Source of the DNA: Dehalococcoidia bacterium
GTDB taxonomy: Bacteria; Chloroflexota; Dehalococcoidia; DSTF01; WHTK01
Assembly (NCBI GenBank): GCA_009377745.1
Contig: WHTK01000013.1
Location: 1,212-65,211 of the forward strand
Direction: 5' to 3'
DNA length: 64,000 nt
Shown: positions 11,031 to 21,672 of the stretch, in pieces
Layout: each line of letters starts with the position of its first letter
Position numbering within the stretch: position 1 is the first letter of the stretch
The notes under the pieces: model-generated
Databases searched by the model: none
Told to the model about the DNA's origin: nothing
Seen by the model: the letters and a program-made list of their open reading frames with translations, nothing else
Made by a program: the position numbers and the translations under genes

Positions 11031-11228
11031 TCAGTTAGCCCGTTGTGCCACCTCCGCGGGCGTGAACGACCTGCCACAGGTTGAGCAGCTGTAGGAGGTG
11101 ATGAGACTGCGGTTGCCAATGTCGGCTGCATTGGCCCACCGCGGCCCTAGCTCCCAGTGAGCGCAATCCGGTGTGTTGGTCGGCGGCGCCTCCCCCCGAT
11201 TCTTCTTGAGCCGTGCGAGTATAGACAT
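11031..11228 (-). CDS. Small hypothetical protein with CxH...CxxC putative zinc ribbon
   Basis: GGAGGAG SD; 65 aa; DCAHWEL...YSCSTCGRSF; bounded by a riboswitch upstream and a hairpin downstream. Confidence 0.75.
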   Translation of the reverse strand: MSILARLKKNRGEAPPTNTPDCAHWELGPRWANAADIGNRSLITSYSCSTCGRSFTPAEVAQRAN

Positions 11229-11232
11229 TCTT

Positions 11233-11357
11233 TCTCCTCCAGCGGCCTACGAGGTTAGCTGACGGGTTAGGGCTGAAAGAGACTGCCCCGGCCGTACAAA
11301 CGGCCTGCACCCCAAAGATTGGTCCCCCCGTTCCCCTGTGTCCCAGGAGACTCGGCC
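11233..11357 (-). ncRNA. Cyclic di-AMP (ydaO/yuaA) riboswitch
   Basis: Minus strand GCCGAGTCTCCTG...CAGGGGAACGGGGGGACCAATCTTTGGGGTG...GGGGCAGTCTCTTTCAGCCCTAACCCGTCAGCTAACCTCGTAGGC matches the ydaO consensus. Confidence 0.9.
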
Positions 11358-11364
11358 TATATCC

Positions 11365-11393
11365 ACGTTAGGAGGCTGACCTCACGCTGTCCA
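11365..11393 (-). promoter_or_regulatory. Sigma70-type promoter for the c-di-AMP riboswitch leader
   Basis: TGGACA-17 nt-TAACGT, placing +1 just before the aptamer. Confidence 0.55.
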
Positions 11394-11549
11394 CCGAAGT
11401 TTGCTTCATGGAACACGGGCGAAACGCCGTTTCCAAAGGGTTGAGGCTGCCGTCGCACCTGGTTTGGTGAGGATCAACCCTCCGCGCAGCCAAGAGGAGA
11501 AGCGCCCGCGAATCTCGCGGACGCCTCTCCTTGATGACGGCCACTTAGG

Positions 11550-13382
11550 TCAGCCGTTGCGTTTTGGCATGTTGGGGTCCAGCCAGTTCAGCCACGAATC
11601 CTGTAGCCAGGAGCGGTTGGTAAACGGCTGATTGACGTTATGCAGCCACGGCCACTCAAAGGTCCAGGTTGAGAAGCGGTGCGGGCCGGGAAGCAGCGGG
11701 AATGTCTTTGCGACGTGACGTTGGATGTCCTTGAGTATCGCTACCCGTTTGTTCCAATCAGGCTCAGTGCGCTGGGCGACGACCAGGCTATCGAGCGTCT
11801 TATCGGCCAGGTCGCCGATCCAGGGATTTGGCGGCCCGTTGCTGTGGTAGTTGCGGTAGAGCAGGTAGTCTACGTCGGTCCCGGATGATCCGGCCGGATA
11901 CTGGACACCCTTGAACTCCGCCGTCGCGACAACCTTGTCGCCGTAGACCTGCGGGGTGACGTTTATGCGATTGGCATTGACGATGCCGGACTTGGCCCAC
12001 TCATCCAGATGGACCGTGGCCAGCTCATCGTTGGCGCCGGTGGTGCGGGCGTAGTAGTCGATCTCGATGCCATCGGGGAAGCCGGCAGCATCCATGAGCT
12101 TCTTGGCTTCGGCGACGTCATACATGTAGTTCTGGGATGCCTCCCCGAGCTCGTTCTTGCGCGGGTCGAGGAAGTAGGCCTCATTCCAGGGCAGATGCGT
12201 AGTGTAGGCGAGCTCAGGTTCGACACCGGCGGCGCGAAACGCCACAACGTTGCTCTGGAGCTCCTGATATGCATCCCACGGCATGATCTTGTGCAGGGCA
12301 ATGCGGACACGAGGGTCCTTCCAGGGCGAGGTCGCAGCATCGATCTTGCCGAAGTTACCACGATTGACCGTCCAATTGACGATCTCGTTGGCGATCATGA
12401 TCGACTCCGGCGCGTCGGCGCGGAGGCGGAGCGCATCGCGGGCTTCAGGCGTGAAACCGATGACGTTCTGGGCTATGAACTGGGCGTAAGCGTTGGAGTC
12501 CTCCGTAATGAGGGGCCAGTGCCAGCGGTCAATGAACGGTTTGCCTGCCCAATACTCATCCCACTTCTTGAACTCCCACGTTAGGGAAGGCGCTACCTTA
12601 TCGACCATGCGCCAGCTGGTGCCGATCATCTGGGTGCCGAGCAGTATCGGGTCCGCGTTGAGTTCCTTGGGGATGATCTTGAAGGCAAAGTTGTAGTCCC
12701 ACATCCGCGCCAGGAAGGGCGCGTAGGGCTCATTCAGCTTCAAAACCATTGTGGTGGCGTCCGGGAACTCCGCCTTGTCCACAACTTCCAGGAAGGCAGC
12801 GCGGTTGACGCTCACATCGACATAGCGCTCATAGGTGGTGCGCCAGTCATCGATGTCCATGACTCGGGCGTTGACCGGCTCGATGGGATGGAACTTTACG
12901 TTCGGCCGCAGCTTGAAGGTGTAAGTGAGGCCACCGTTAGAGGCCTCATAAGAGCGGGCCAGGTGCGGCCTGAGCTCCTGACCTTCTGAGCTGTTCGGGT
13001 CAATGCCTGGCCCCCGGTTTGGGATGACCAGGTATTCGTAGCCGAAGTCGGTAAACCTATCGCCGCGTCCCTGGGTGGCGAAGTTGGGGTCCATGGACTC
13101 CGTGAGGTCCTGTTCATTGCGCCGCGTGAGGATGCCTCCGGGCACACCGGCCTTGGTCTCGTCCGCCAGCTTCCAGTTGTCCTTCGCGTAGACCACGTTG
13201 CCGGCCTTACGGACACCGCTAGGGTCAATGTTGATTGTCTGCGCACCACCACCACCGTCGCTGCTGCCGCCACCACAGGCAATCAGGGTGGCGGCGCCGG
13301 CTCCGGCTGCTGTTCCCGCCAGGAACCGCCGGCGTGAGACTCGCTTGTGACTTGCGAGCCAAGACTTGGAGCTAGTCGTCAT
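11550..13382 (-). CDS. ABC transporter substrate-binding protein, family 5 (Tat lipoprotein)
   Basis: SRRRFL Tat motif, LIAC lipobox, YTFKLRPNVKFH, WKDPRVRIAL. Confidence 0.9.
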   Translation of the reverse strand: MTTSSKSWLASHKRVSRRRFLAGTAAGAGAATLIACGGGSSDGGGGAQTINIDPSGVRKAGNVVYAKDNWKLADETKAGVPGGILTRRNEQDLTESMDPNFATQGRGDRFTDFGYEYLVIPNRGPGIDPNSSEGQELRPHLARSYEASNGGLTYTFKLRPNVKFHPIEPVNARVMDIDDWRTTYERYVDVSVNRAAFLEVVDKAEFPDATTMVLKLNEPYAPFLARMWDYNFAFKIIPKELNADPILLGTQMIGTSWRMVDKVAPSLTWEFKKWDEYWAGKPFIDRWHWPLITEDSNAYAQFIAQNVIGFTPEARDALRLRADAPESIMIANEIVNWTVNRGNFGKIDAATSPWKDPRVRIALHKIMPWDAYQELQSNVVAFRAAGVEPELAYTTHLPWNEAYFLDPRKNELGEASQNYMYDVAEAKKLMDAAGFPDGIEIDYYARTTGANDELATVHLDEWAKSGIVNANRINVTPQVYGDKVVATAEFKGVQYPAGSSGTDVDYLLYRNYHSNGPPNPWIGDLADKTLDSLVVAQRTEPDWNKRVAILKDIQRHVAKTFPLLPGPHRFSTWTFEWPWLHNVNQPFTNRSWLQDSWLNWLDPNMPKRNG

Positions 13383-13474
13383 AATCCCTCTCCTAATGAG
13401 AATTCGGACGAATCACCTGGCGAGCGTGAGCAGAGACTCGCCTGGCTGCACGACGTAGGCCCTATCCGGCCCGC

Positions 13475-15305
13475 CTAGCCATCGCGACGCGGCATGCTCT
13501 TGTCTAGCCACCAAACATGACTGGGCAGCGCTCCCCGTTCACCGCGGCGATGGTTACCGTTGTGCAGCCAGGCCCACTCGACGTCCCAGGTCCCGAACAT
13601 GTGGGCGGTCGGCTGGATCGGAAACAGCGTGGCGACTAACTTCTGCCAATCCTTGACGATGGCGGCGCGCTTCAGCGGGTCAAGCTCGCGCCGCTGCGCC
13701 TCCACCATCTCGTCGATCTTGGGATCAGGGAAGGTAGAAGCGCGGCCCTCGCTGTAGTAGTTGTTGAACATGACATAGTCGACATCGGTTGCGCCGCCGG
13801 AGCCGCCGGAAGTGCACTGGACGCCCTTGAAGGTGTTCGAGTAGACGAGATTCTCGTAGTATTCAGCCCGAACCTTCCAGACCGGGTTCACTCTAATCTT
13901 GGTGTCGTTCTCGAATCGCTTCCAGTTGTCGAGCATCAGGTTCTGGCGCTCCTCACGCGAGTTGATGAGACACCAGACGTCGATTTCGAAGCCGTCCGGG
14001 TAGCCGGCGGCCTCCACAAGCTTGCGCGCCGCGGCCACATCGTGCAGATAGTTCTCAGAGGCATCGCCCAGCTCACCTTTGCGCGGGTCCAGCCAATACT
14101 CGGGCTCGCGAGGTGCGTGAGTCGTGAAAGCAACCTCGATAGGCACGCCGACGGCCTCGAAGGCGGTCTTATTGCCCTGGAAGTTCGCGATGCCCTCGTG
14201 ATCGACCGCCCGATGGAGCGCTATGCGCACACGCGGGTCCTTCCAGGGCGAGGTGTCGAGATCATGGGCGCCCCATACACCTCTAGGCGTGTCGTATGGA
14301 TTGATCTCCTGGCCGATCAGCAAGGCGTCGGGTGCATCCTGACGCAGCTGCAGCGCCTGCTGATTAGTAGGCGTGTAGCCGATGATGTTCTGCGCCACGA
14401 ACTGGGAATAGACGTTGGAAGCCTCGGGAATGACGGGGTAGTGCCAGCGATCGATGAACGGGTCGCCCTTCCAATAGCCGTCCCACTTCTTGAACTCCTG
14501 GACGATGGACGGCTGTACTTTATCAACCATCCTGAAGTTGGTGCCGATCAGCCTGGTCGCGACCAGCTCGGGGTCGTCATTGAGCTCGCGTGGCACGATT
14601 TTGAAGGCGAAGTTCTGCTCGTCCATACGCTTGAGAAAGGGCGCGTACGGCTCCTTCATGTGTATGACCATGTGTCGGCCATCGGGGTACTCCACGCGAT
14701 CGACGATTGAAAGCATGCCCGCCCGGTTGCTACCAACCTCGATGAAGCGCTGATAGCTGGACCGCCAGTCCTCGATATCCATCTCGCGGGCATTCACCGG
14801 GTCGATGGGGTGAAACTTGACGCCAGGCCTGAGGGTAAAGGTGTACCGCAGGCCGCCATCAGCAACCTCATACTTCTCTGCCAGGGCGCCGATCTTCGTT
14901 TTATAGGCGTCGCTGCCAGGCTCAATACCGGGCCCCCGATTGGTGTCCAGAAGGTACTCGTAGCCAATGTCGTTGAAGTTCTCTACCACGCCGGCTTGAG
15001 CCAGATAAGGGTCCCAGCTAGCCTCTAGCTCATCGGCCACGTAGCCGGGATAGACGCCGCCGCGGACTGCCTGCTTGGTTTCATCCGCCAGCTTCCAATC
15101 GTCCTTCTGGTAGACCACAGCTCCAGGCGCCCGCACCGAGCTGGGGTCCACTGTGAGACCCTGGTCAGAGCCATCGCCGCCGCCGCAAGCAATGAGGGCG
15201 GCCGCGCCCATGCCGCCTGCCGCGGTCGTGCCGATAAATCGCCGCCGTCAGCCTTCTGCCTGCGTAGGACGGCAACCAGGATGGGGTGTCGTGCGCCGTC
15301 TTCAT
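13475..15305 (-). CDS. ABC transporter substrate-binding protein, family 5 (Tat lipoprotein); frameshift in the signal region near 15249
   Basis: GAGGAGG SD + ATG 15305 (MKTAHDTPSWLPSYAGRRL) shifts into RRRFIGTTAAGGMGAAALIAC; YTFTLRPGVKFH; WKDPRVRIAL. Confidence 0.85.
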
Positions 15306-15353
15306 CGTCTCCTCCTCATGGCCCTCGATCCCTCGACTACTCTGGAGCCGAGA

Positions 15354-17141
15354 CTACGAGGTGCGCTTGCTCTCGTCGTACCAGTAGCGTGTGAATACAC
15401 GGGCGCTGACGTTGTTGGTGATGAACATCCCGTGGTTGGCCAGCCAGGGCCAGCGCAGGCTGTAGCCGGGGAAGTTGCCGGATGGGTGAGGTAGGTCCGG
15501 CCAGCTCATGGCGGCGTTCTGCTGTAGCTCCTTGAGGATTGCATTCCGCTTCTTGCTGTCCGTCTCCTGGCGTTGCTTGATAACCAGGTCAGTTATGCCT
15601 GGCACCGGGCCGTTGGAGACCTTGCTGCGGCCTTCTGGCGTGTACTTCTGTGTGACATAAACGTCCACGCTGAATCCAGCCAGTCGCGAGGCCAGCAGGC
15701 CGGTGTAGGCTTCGCCGCCGCTATCGTCCTCCTGACGCCATGACGTGGTGTAGAGAAGCGGGCGCCACTCCAGGTCGAAAATGCCGCCGTTGTTGATCAT
15801 CGCTGCCGTGACCTCGTGCTCCTTGACGATGTCGAAGGCGCGGTCACTCCAGCAGCCGTAGGTTTCCTTCACCGGAGTCTGCAAACCTGCGGCCTCCACG
15901 AGCTTCTTCGCCTCGGCAGGGTTGTGCTCGAAGTATTTGGCTCCTTCGCCGAGGCCGTCTCCGCGCGGGTCGACCCACTCGGCGTAGCCGGCCGGAATGT
16001 GGCTATTCAGCCGATAGTTGGTCGGGAGGCCGGCAGACCTGAACAGCTCGAGACCCTGGAAGGTCTCTGTCAGGAGCTCACGGTCGAGCATCATCGCGAC
16101 GGCGCGGCGGACGCGTTCATCAACGAAGATGGAGTCTGGCCGCTTGGAGAAGTTGGTGTAGCTAACTCCCGTGGCGTACTCGCGTTCGGCAAGCATCAGC
16201 ATCTCTGGCTGGTCTCGCTTGGTTGCAAGGATGTCGTCCGGGCGGACGGTAAAAGCCCAGAGATTTTTCGCCTTGAACTGGGCAAGCCCGCTCGAGTAAT
16301 CGGAGATCAGGGTGCGTTCGATCTTGTCGAGGTAAGGCTCCGGATTGCCGTACCAGTCGGGGTTCTTGTTGTACGTGATGCCCTGACTGGGACGGAAGCT
16401 TTCCAGGAAATACGGACCCGAGCCCCGCATGTCGCCCTGGAAGTTGAAGTTATCGTCTCTGGGCATGACGTAGAAATGCTGATGAGAGGACAGCAGCTCA
16501 ATGATCGGCGAGTAAGGGAAGGCAAACTTCATCACGACGGTCCGGTCGTCTGGCGTCTCGACGGTCGTGATGGGCGAGACTTCACTGCGGGAGTTCGCGA
16601 GGTCGCGCGCGGACGGCCCCAACTCGGCGAATTTATCCCAGCTCCACTTCACATCGGCTGAGGTCATGGCGCGCCCATTGGTCGGCGGGCGCGGGTCAAA
16701 TTTGTGGTTAGCGCGCAGCTTCAGGGTGATCTGCATCGCGTCGGCTGAGACCTCGAAGGATTCGGCTGCATCGCCGGATATCGTCTCAGCGCCCGGGCGC
16801 TCCTTGGAGCTGATCCCGCCCTTCAGGAGATTGCTGTAGACCGGGGTCATCTGAGGAAATGTGGGTGTTGCGTTGTTGAGAAGCGGGTCGAGGTTGATGA
16901 CGTCCTCGTCCATGAAGTCCGGCCAGATGCCGCCAGCCTTGGCCTGCTTTGTCCTGTCTTCATGCTTGCCGAGCAGGCCCGAGGCGTCGCCTTCTATGCC
17001 CCCGTCATCGCCGCCGCCACCGCAGCCGATAAGGCTAAGCGCGGTCACCCCGGCTCCGGCTCCAGCGCCCGCCTGCAGCAGCCGCCTTCGCGATAGCCTG
17101 GCCCTGGCTACTTTGTCCCAATAGCTTGTGTTCCCCCTCAA
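15354..17141 (-). CDS. ABC transporter substrate-binding protein, family 5 (Tat lipoprotein)
   Basis: GAGGAGG SD + TTG 17141; SRRRLL, LIGC lipobox, GSGPYFL, FVDERVRRAV. Confidence 0.9.
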   Translation of the reverse strand: MRGNTSYWDKVARARLSRRRLLQAGAGAGAGVTALSLIGCGGGGDDGGIEGDASGLLGKHEDRTKQAKAGGIWPDFMDEDVINLDPLLNNATPTFPQMTPVYSNLLKGGISSKERPGAETISGDAAESFEVSADAMQITLKLRANHKFDPRPPTNGRAMTSADVKWSWDKFAELGPSARDLANSRSEVSPITTVETPDDRTVVMKFAFPYSPIIELLSSHQHFYVMPRDDNFNFQGDMRGSGPYFLESFRPSQGITYNKNPDWYGNPEPYLDKIERTLISDYSSGLAQFKAKNLWAFTVRPDDILATKRDQPEMLMLAEREYATGVSYTNFSKRPDSIFVDERVRRAVAMMLDRELLTETFQGLELFRSAGLPTNYRLNSHIPAGYAEWVDPRGDGLGEGAKYFEHNPAEAKKLVEAAGLQTPVKETYGCWSDRAFDIVKEHEVTAAMINNGGIFDLEWRPLLYTTSWRQEDDSGGEAYTGLLASRLAGFSVDVYVTQKYTPEGRSKVSNGPVPGITDLVIKQRQETDSKKRNAILKELQQNAAMSWPDLPHPSGNFPGYSLRWPWLANHGMFITNNVSARVFTRYWYDESKRTS

Positions 17142-17452
17142 TTCAAACCTCCTCGTCTCATAGATGCGTCTAATGGTGGACATCCCTGTCCCCCATCAAT
17201 TCGACGCTACGTTGGGTCAACCGGCCTGTCTAGCCGAAGATGTTTCATGAAAAAGGCTGCTGGTTTGAGTCTGACTACGTGAGCCAAGGGAGGATGATTA
17301 CCTTTTGGCGAGGCAGGAAATCGTGATGCCGCGGGCCAGCTTAGCGAACGAAGTATCGAAGACTTCGATTGCCGGAGGCGGACGTCGTGCCTACAGGGCG
17401 ACTAAAGCTGCTTCGCGCCCCCCGCAAATGCAAGTCACTCTCGACTGGTGAT

Positions 17453-17821
17453 TCAGATCTGCTCTGCACTCTTGGAGCGCTCCTGAGCGCGGCGCCACAA
17501 GCTGACAAATCGGCCGAAGGGGATATCCGAAAGAAAGGGATGACGAAACCGGGCTGCCGGATTCAGGGTGTAGTGATTGCGGCGGCCCGAGCGCCGGATT
17601 TTGACGTAATCCGCATTCGCGAGGTCCTTGATAATGTCGGCAACCCGTCGCTCCGTTATCTCGAGCGAGGCCGCGATCTCGCGGATGGTGGCGTTTGGAT
17701 TGGACGCGATGTAGAGCAGCACAAGGCCGTGGCTCGTCACGAGCGTCCACGAGGGCAGTGGCCTGAAGGCTGGCTCGTCTCTGGTCACGATGATCCCTGG
17801 AGGACTGTATATCATTCTCAT
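17453..17821 (-). CDS. Small winged helix-turn-helix transcriptional regulator (MarR/AsnC-like)
   Basis: WTLVTSHGLVLLYIASNPNATIREIAASLEITERRVADIIKDL...RRSGRRNHY; start uncertain. Confidence 0.8.
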   Translation of the reverse strand: MRMIYSPPGIIVTRDEPAFRPLPSWTLVTSHGLVLLYIASNPNATIREIAASLEITERRVADIIKDLANADYVKIRRSGRRNHYTLNPAARFRHPFLSDIPFGRFVSLWRRAQERSKSAEQI

Positions 17822-18123
17822 CCACGCGGGAAGGAAGCTCCGAAGGGATCGAGCATAGCCAGACTCGCGAAGGATTCTCTTTGGGCCGAATGCTTGCCTG
17901 AAGATAATTTCGTGAAAACATTGGTATCTGGACAGGGGAGTTTTCAGTGTCTAAACCAGAAGTGCGAACATCTGACCAGTAGCGGGTGTTGGCAACTCTC
18001 CCCTCGGACGAGGCCGCTTGCGGCCTCGTCCCCCCAAAACTTCCAGTGGCCAAGAGGACGAGAAGTCGTGAGAAACGCAATCCCGCCGCCGGACATGGAC
18101 AATCACGTTCGCGTAAGAGTAAG

Positions 18124-18453
18124 ATGATTAGCGTGCAACCAGATCGCTTGGACGAGATTCGCCAGGGCAAACGCGGACTAGCATTGGTCCTCTACGTAGA
18201 TGTCCCCGATGACGCTTGGGAAGACTATGCGGATGAGCTACCGGCCGTCATGGTCCTGGGGCAGGCGCTGGGCACGAATGTCCTGGAGCTTGTCAAGCGG
18301 GGCCTCGATGCCGGACAAGCCCAGGGCATCACTGATCGAGCTGCCGAATCCATACGCTTGCTGTTAGCGACGCGGCCCGAAGATCAGGCTTTCCTCGCCT
18401 CCATGCTTGAGGGCATATCCGGCCGTTTGACCGGCTCCTCCTCCAAAGCCTGA
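18124..18453 (+). CDS. Hypothetical protein
   Basis: 109-aa ORF with protein-like composition; no recognisable motif. Confidence 0.45.
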   Translation: MISVQPDRLDEIRQGKRGLALVLYVDVPDDAWEDYADELPAVMVLGQALGTNVLELVKRGLDAGQAQGITDRAAESIRLLLATRPEDQAFLASMLEGISGRLTGSSSKA

Positions 18454-18668
18454 CTAGCACTCGGTCTGGCCCTGTCCATCAGGGCGCCTGCCTCTGAGCA
18501 TGGCCTCTGGCTGGACGGACATGGGTCAGATTCGATAAACCGCAGCTTGCAGGGCCATTCCCTCCTTACGCAATTGGCAGACTGTCGAGAGGGCAGAGCC
18601 CTCGTTCTAACATGGTTGAGAGTGCTCCCCGCCGACGCTTGGCGCAGTACGTCGAGCGGAGGATTGCC

Positions 18669-19061
18669 ATGGTCTATGCGCAGGAAATGATCCGTACTCA
18701 CCCTAAGAGCAGTGAACGGCCCGGGCTCGTGGAGGCGATAGACGCCTGCTTTGATTGTGCGCAGGCTTGCATTGCCTGTGCTGACGCCTGTCTGGGCGAA
18801 CCTCAAGTTGCAAGCATGGTCAAATGCATCCGGCTCAACCTGGACTGCGCCGCTATCTGTCAGACCACGGGGGAAGTCCTGTCTCGGCAAACAGAGACGG
18901 TATGGAGCATCTCTCAGGCTCAGCTTCAGGCTTGCGTGGAGGCTTGCCGCATGTGTGCGGAGGAATGCTCAGAGCATGCTGCCCACATGGAGCATTGCCG
19001 TATCTGCGCCGATGCCTGTCGCCGTTGCGAGGACGCCTGCCGGAGGCTTGCCGCCGCCTAA
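18669..19061 (+). CDS. Four-helix bundle copper-binding protein (DUF326/Csp3-like)
   Basis: GGAGG SD; Cys-rich CxxCxxxCxxCxxxC repeats; C-terminal HMEHCRICADACRRCEDAC; no signal peptide. Confidence 0.9.
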   Translation: MVYAQEMIRTHPKSSERPGLVEAIDACFDCAQACIACADACLGEPQVASMVKCIRLNLDCAAICQTTGEVLSRQTETVWSISQAQLQACVEACRMCAEECSEHAAHMEHCRICADACRRCEDACRRLAAA

Positions 19062-19445
19062 AGCAGAACCTCTCTCCCAAGCTTTGTCGCCGTCCTCAGG
19101 ACCGCACACTGTCGGTGAGTCCTGCTGCTGACTTGGCCTCCCGCCTCAGCGTGCCGGCCACGCGGCAGAGCTTGTCTGGCATTACATTCTCCTATTTTGC
19201 AGCGCGGGAAGTGCGTAGAAGCGCTGCCATCCTCGCGCATGCGACCGGTCAGCGCAACGCTGCATCGCGTCACCGCCTTATCCGCGTGGTCGCCCTGTCA
19301 GTAGTAGACGTAATGGCTCAGCGCCGTAGGTGTTCAGCCCAAATTGCGTTCGATCACGATTCAGGGCTAATCTGCCGTTACTTAGTCGTACGCTGCCGGC
19401 GCGACCTTGATACCTGATTTCTGAACCGGCTGCCGGAGACATATC

Positions 19446-20876
19446 GTGAATCGTCCTGACTTCTCCAGCGAAGATGTGGCTGTCGTGTCCGGCCAGGGCG
19501 CCCCGGTCTGGGAGGATGCAGCCACTCGAAACCCGGCCCAGTCACCGGCACCAGAGCTCCTCACTGCCAATCGCCAATCGTGGGGCCGCTACCCCAGCGT
19601 TGCGCATGCCGGCGTTGCGGAGTTGAGCCGGCGTCAGCCTCTGCCCGACCTCGCCGCACTCGGACCCAGCCTCCTGCCCCACGGCCTCGGCCGTAGCTAC
19701 GGCGATAGCTGTCTCAACGAGGGCGGCGTCCTGCTCGACACCACCAGCCTCAACCGCTTCATCGCTTTCGACGCCACGACTGGCTTGCTACGCTGCGAAT
19801 CCGGCGTCTCGTTGGCCCAGATCCTCGACCTCGGCGTGCCGCGGGGCTGGTTCCTGCCGACTACGCCGGGCACCAAGTTCGTCACGGTCGGCGGCGCCAT
19901 TGCCAACGACATCCACGGCAAGAACCATCATGTGGCCGGCGCCTTTGGGCGGCACGTGACCTGCTTCGAGTTGCTGCGCTCCGACGGCCAGCGTTATCTC
20001 TGCTCCCCGAACGAGAACGTTGACCTCTACCGCGCCACCATCGGCGGCATGGGGCTGACGGGGCTGATCCTCTGGGCCGAGGTCCAACTGCGTCCCATCT
20101 CCGGCCCCTACGTCGACATGGAGTCGATCCGCTTCGGGTCGCTGGCTGAGTTCTTCGAGGTCTCGGAGGAGTCCGACCGCGCCTGCGAGTACACGATGGC
20201 CTGGATCGACTGCATGGCCGCGGGCGCGCAGGTCGGTCGCGGGCTGTTCATGCGCGGCAACCACGCCTGGCAGCCGCGCATCCCGGGGCGTACCGGGACC
20301 CCGCGCCGGCTCCTTTCCCTGCCCATAGACCTACCTAACTGGGTGCTCAACGGCGCCAGCGTCCGAGCCTTCAACGCGCTGCACTATCACGCCCAGCTCC
20401 TCAAGCGTGTGCGCAAGACGATCCCCTACGACCCCTTCTTCTATCCGCTCGACTCGATCGGCGACTGGAACAAGATGTACGGGCGGCGCGGCTTCCTCCA
20501 GCACCAGTGCGTCCTGCCGCGAGAGACGGCCTTGCAATCCCTACGCTCCATCCTCGAGACGGGAGCGAAGTCTGGCGAAGGCTCGTTCCTGGCCGTCCTC
20601 AAGACCTTCGGCGACGTGAAATCGCCCGGCTTGATGTCGTTTCCGCGGCCCGGCGTCACCCTGGCGCTCGATTTCGCCTTCAAGGGCGAGAAGACACTAC
20701 GCCTGCTCGACCGCATCGACGAAATCGTTGTAGATCATGGCGGCGCCGTGTATCCGGCCAAGGACGCCCGGATGTCGCCAAAGACGTTCGAGGCCAGCTT
20801 CCCGCGCTGGCGTGACTTCGCCGGTTTCATCGATCCGAATTTCTCCTCCAGCTTCTGGCGCCGCGTCACCGGCTAG
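19446..20876 (+). CDS. FAD-binding oxidoreductase, DprE1-like (polyprenyl-phosphoribose 2'-oxidase family)
   Basis: GLGRSYGDS, PGTKFVTVGGAIANDIHGKNHH, FFYPLD, GVTLALDF, YPAKDARM; start uncertain. Confidence 0.85.
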   Translation: MNRPDFSSEDVAVVSGQGAPVWEDAATRNPAQSPAPELLTANRQSWGRYPSVAHAGVAELSRRQPLPDLAALGPSLLPHGLGRSYGDSCLNEGGVLLDTTSLNRFIAFDATTGLLRCESGVSLAQILDLGVPRGWFLPTTPGTKFVTVGGAIANDIHGKNHHVAGAFGRHVTCFELLRSDGQRYLCSPNENVDLYRATIGGMGLTGLILWAEVQLRPISGPYVDMESIRFGSLAEFFEVSEESDRACEYTMAWIDCMAAGAQVGRGLFMRGNHAWQPRIPGRTGTPRRLLSLPIDLPNWVLNGASVRAFNALHYHAQLLKRVRKTIPYDPFFYPLDSIGDWNKMYGRRGFLQHQCVLPRETALQSLRSILETGAKSGEGSFLAVLKTFGDVKSPGLMSFPRPGVTLALDFAFKGEKTLRLLDRIDEIVVDHGGAVYPAKDARMSPKTFEASFPRWRDFAGFIDPNFSSSFWRRVTG

Positions 20877-20891
20877 TAAAGGACCCGCATC

Positions 20892-21626
20892 GTGAAGCTG
20901 CTGATCTTCGGAGCCACCTCCGCTATCGCGCAGGCCGTGGCCAAAAACTTCGCCGCCGACAGGGCCGACATCGTTCTCATCGGCCGCGATGCCACCCGCC
21001 TCACCGCCATCGCCGACGACCTCAAGGTCCGCGGCGCCCGCGACGTCCAGCATCTGACGGCAGACCTGGCCGACCTTTCCGGCCACGAGGCGCTGGTTGA
21101 GAAGGCGATTGGACTGGCGGGAGGACTCGACGCGGTGCTTATTGCGCACGGCACGTTGGGGGACCAGAAGCAGTCCCAGGCCAAGGTCGAGGTGATGCTC
21201 AAGGAGATGAACACCAACGCCCTGAGCTACATGTCACTGCTGACGCTGTTGGGCAACCGGATGGAGGCGCAACGATCCGGCTGCATCGCCGTCATCTCCT
21301 CCGTCGCCGGCGACCGCGGCCGTGGCAGCAACTACGTCTACGGCTCCGCCAAGGCAGCGGTCAGCGCCTTCACCAGCGGCCTGCGGGCTCGGCTCAGCAA
21401 GAGCGGCGTCAGCGTCGTGACGATCAAGCCCGGTTTCGTCGATACGCCAATGACGGCTCACGTGAAGAAGGGACCCCTCTTCGCGAAGCCGGACGCCGTG
21501 GGCAAGCGGATCTACGAGGCGATGCTCAAAGGCGAAGACGTTGTCTATGTGCCCTGGTTCTGGGCGCCGATTATGCAGATCATTCGCGCGGTGCCGGAGC
21601 GGGTCTTCAAGCGCACAAAGCTCTGA
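20892..21626 (+). CDS. SDR oxidoreductase, DprE2-like
   Basis: GATSAIA, SSVAGDRGRGSNYVYGSAK, KPGFVDTPMT; adjacent to the DprE1-like gene. Confidence 0.85.
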   Translation: MKLLIFGATSAIAQAVAKNFAADRADIVLIGRDATRLTAIADDLKVRGARDVQHLTADLADLSGHEALVEKAIGLAGGLDAVLIAHGTLGDQKQSQAKVEVMLKEMNTNALSYMSLLTLLGNRMEAQRSGCIAVISSVAGDRGRGSNYVYGSAKAAVSAFTSGLRARLSKSGVSVVTIKPGFVDTPMTAHVKKGPLFAKPDAVGKRIYEAMLKGEDVVYVPWFWAPIMQIIRAVPERVFKRTKL

Positions 21627-21672
21627 TCACAACGGCCATCCGCGATAGTATGCAGCCAGAAGGAGCATACAG

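Noticed and set aside
17369..18170. Overlapping 252-aa and 259-aa ORFs
   Set aside because: They overlap the wHTH gene and have non-protein-like composition
19062..19445. Possible ncRNA or ORF between the Cu-binding gene and the DprE1-like gene
   Set aside because: No recognisable motif, stable long stem or credible SD-led ORF
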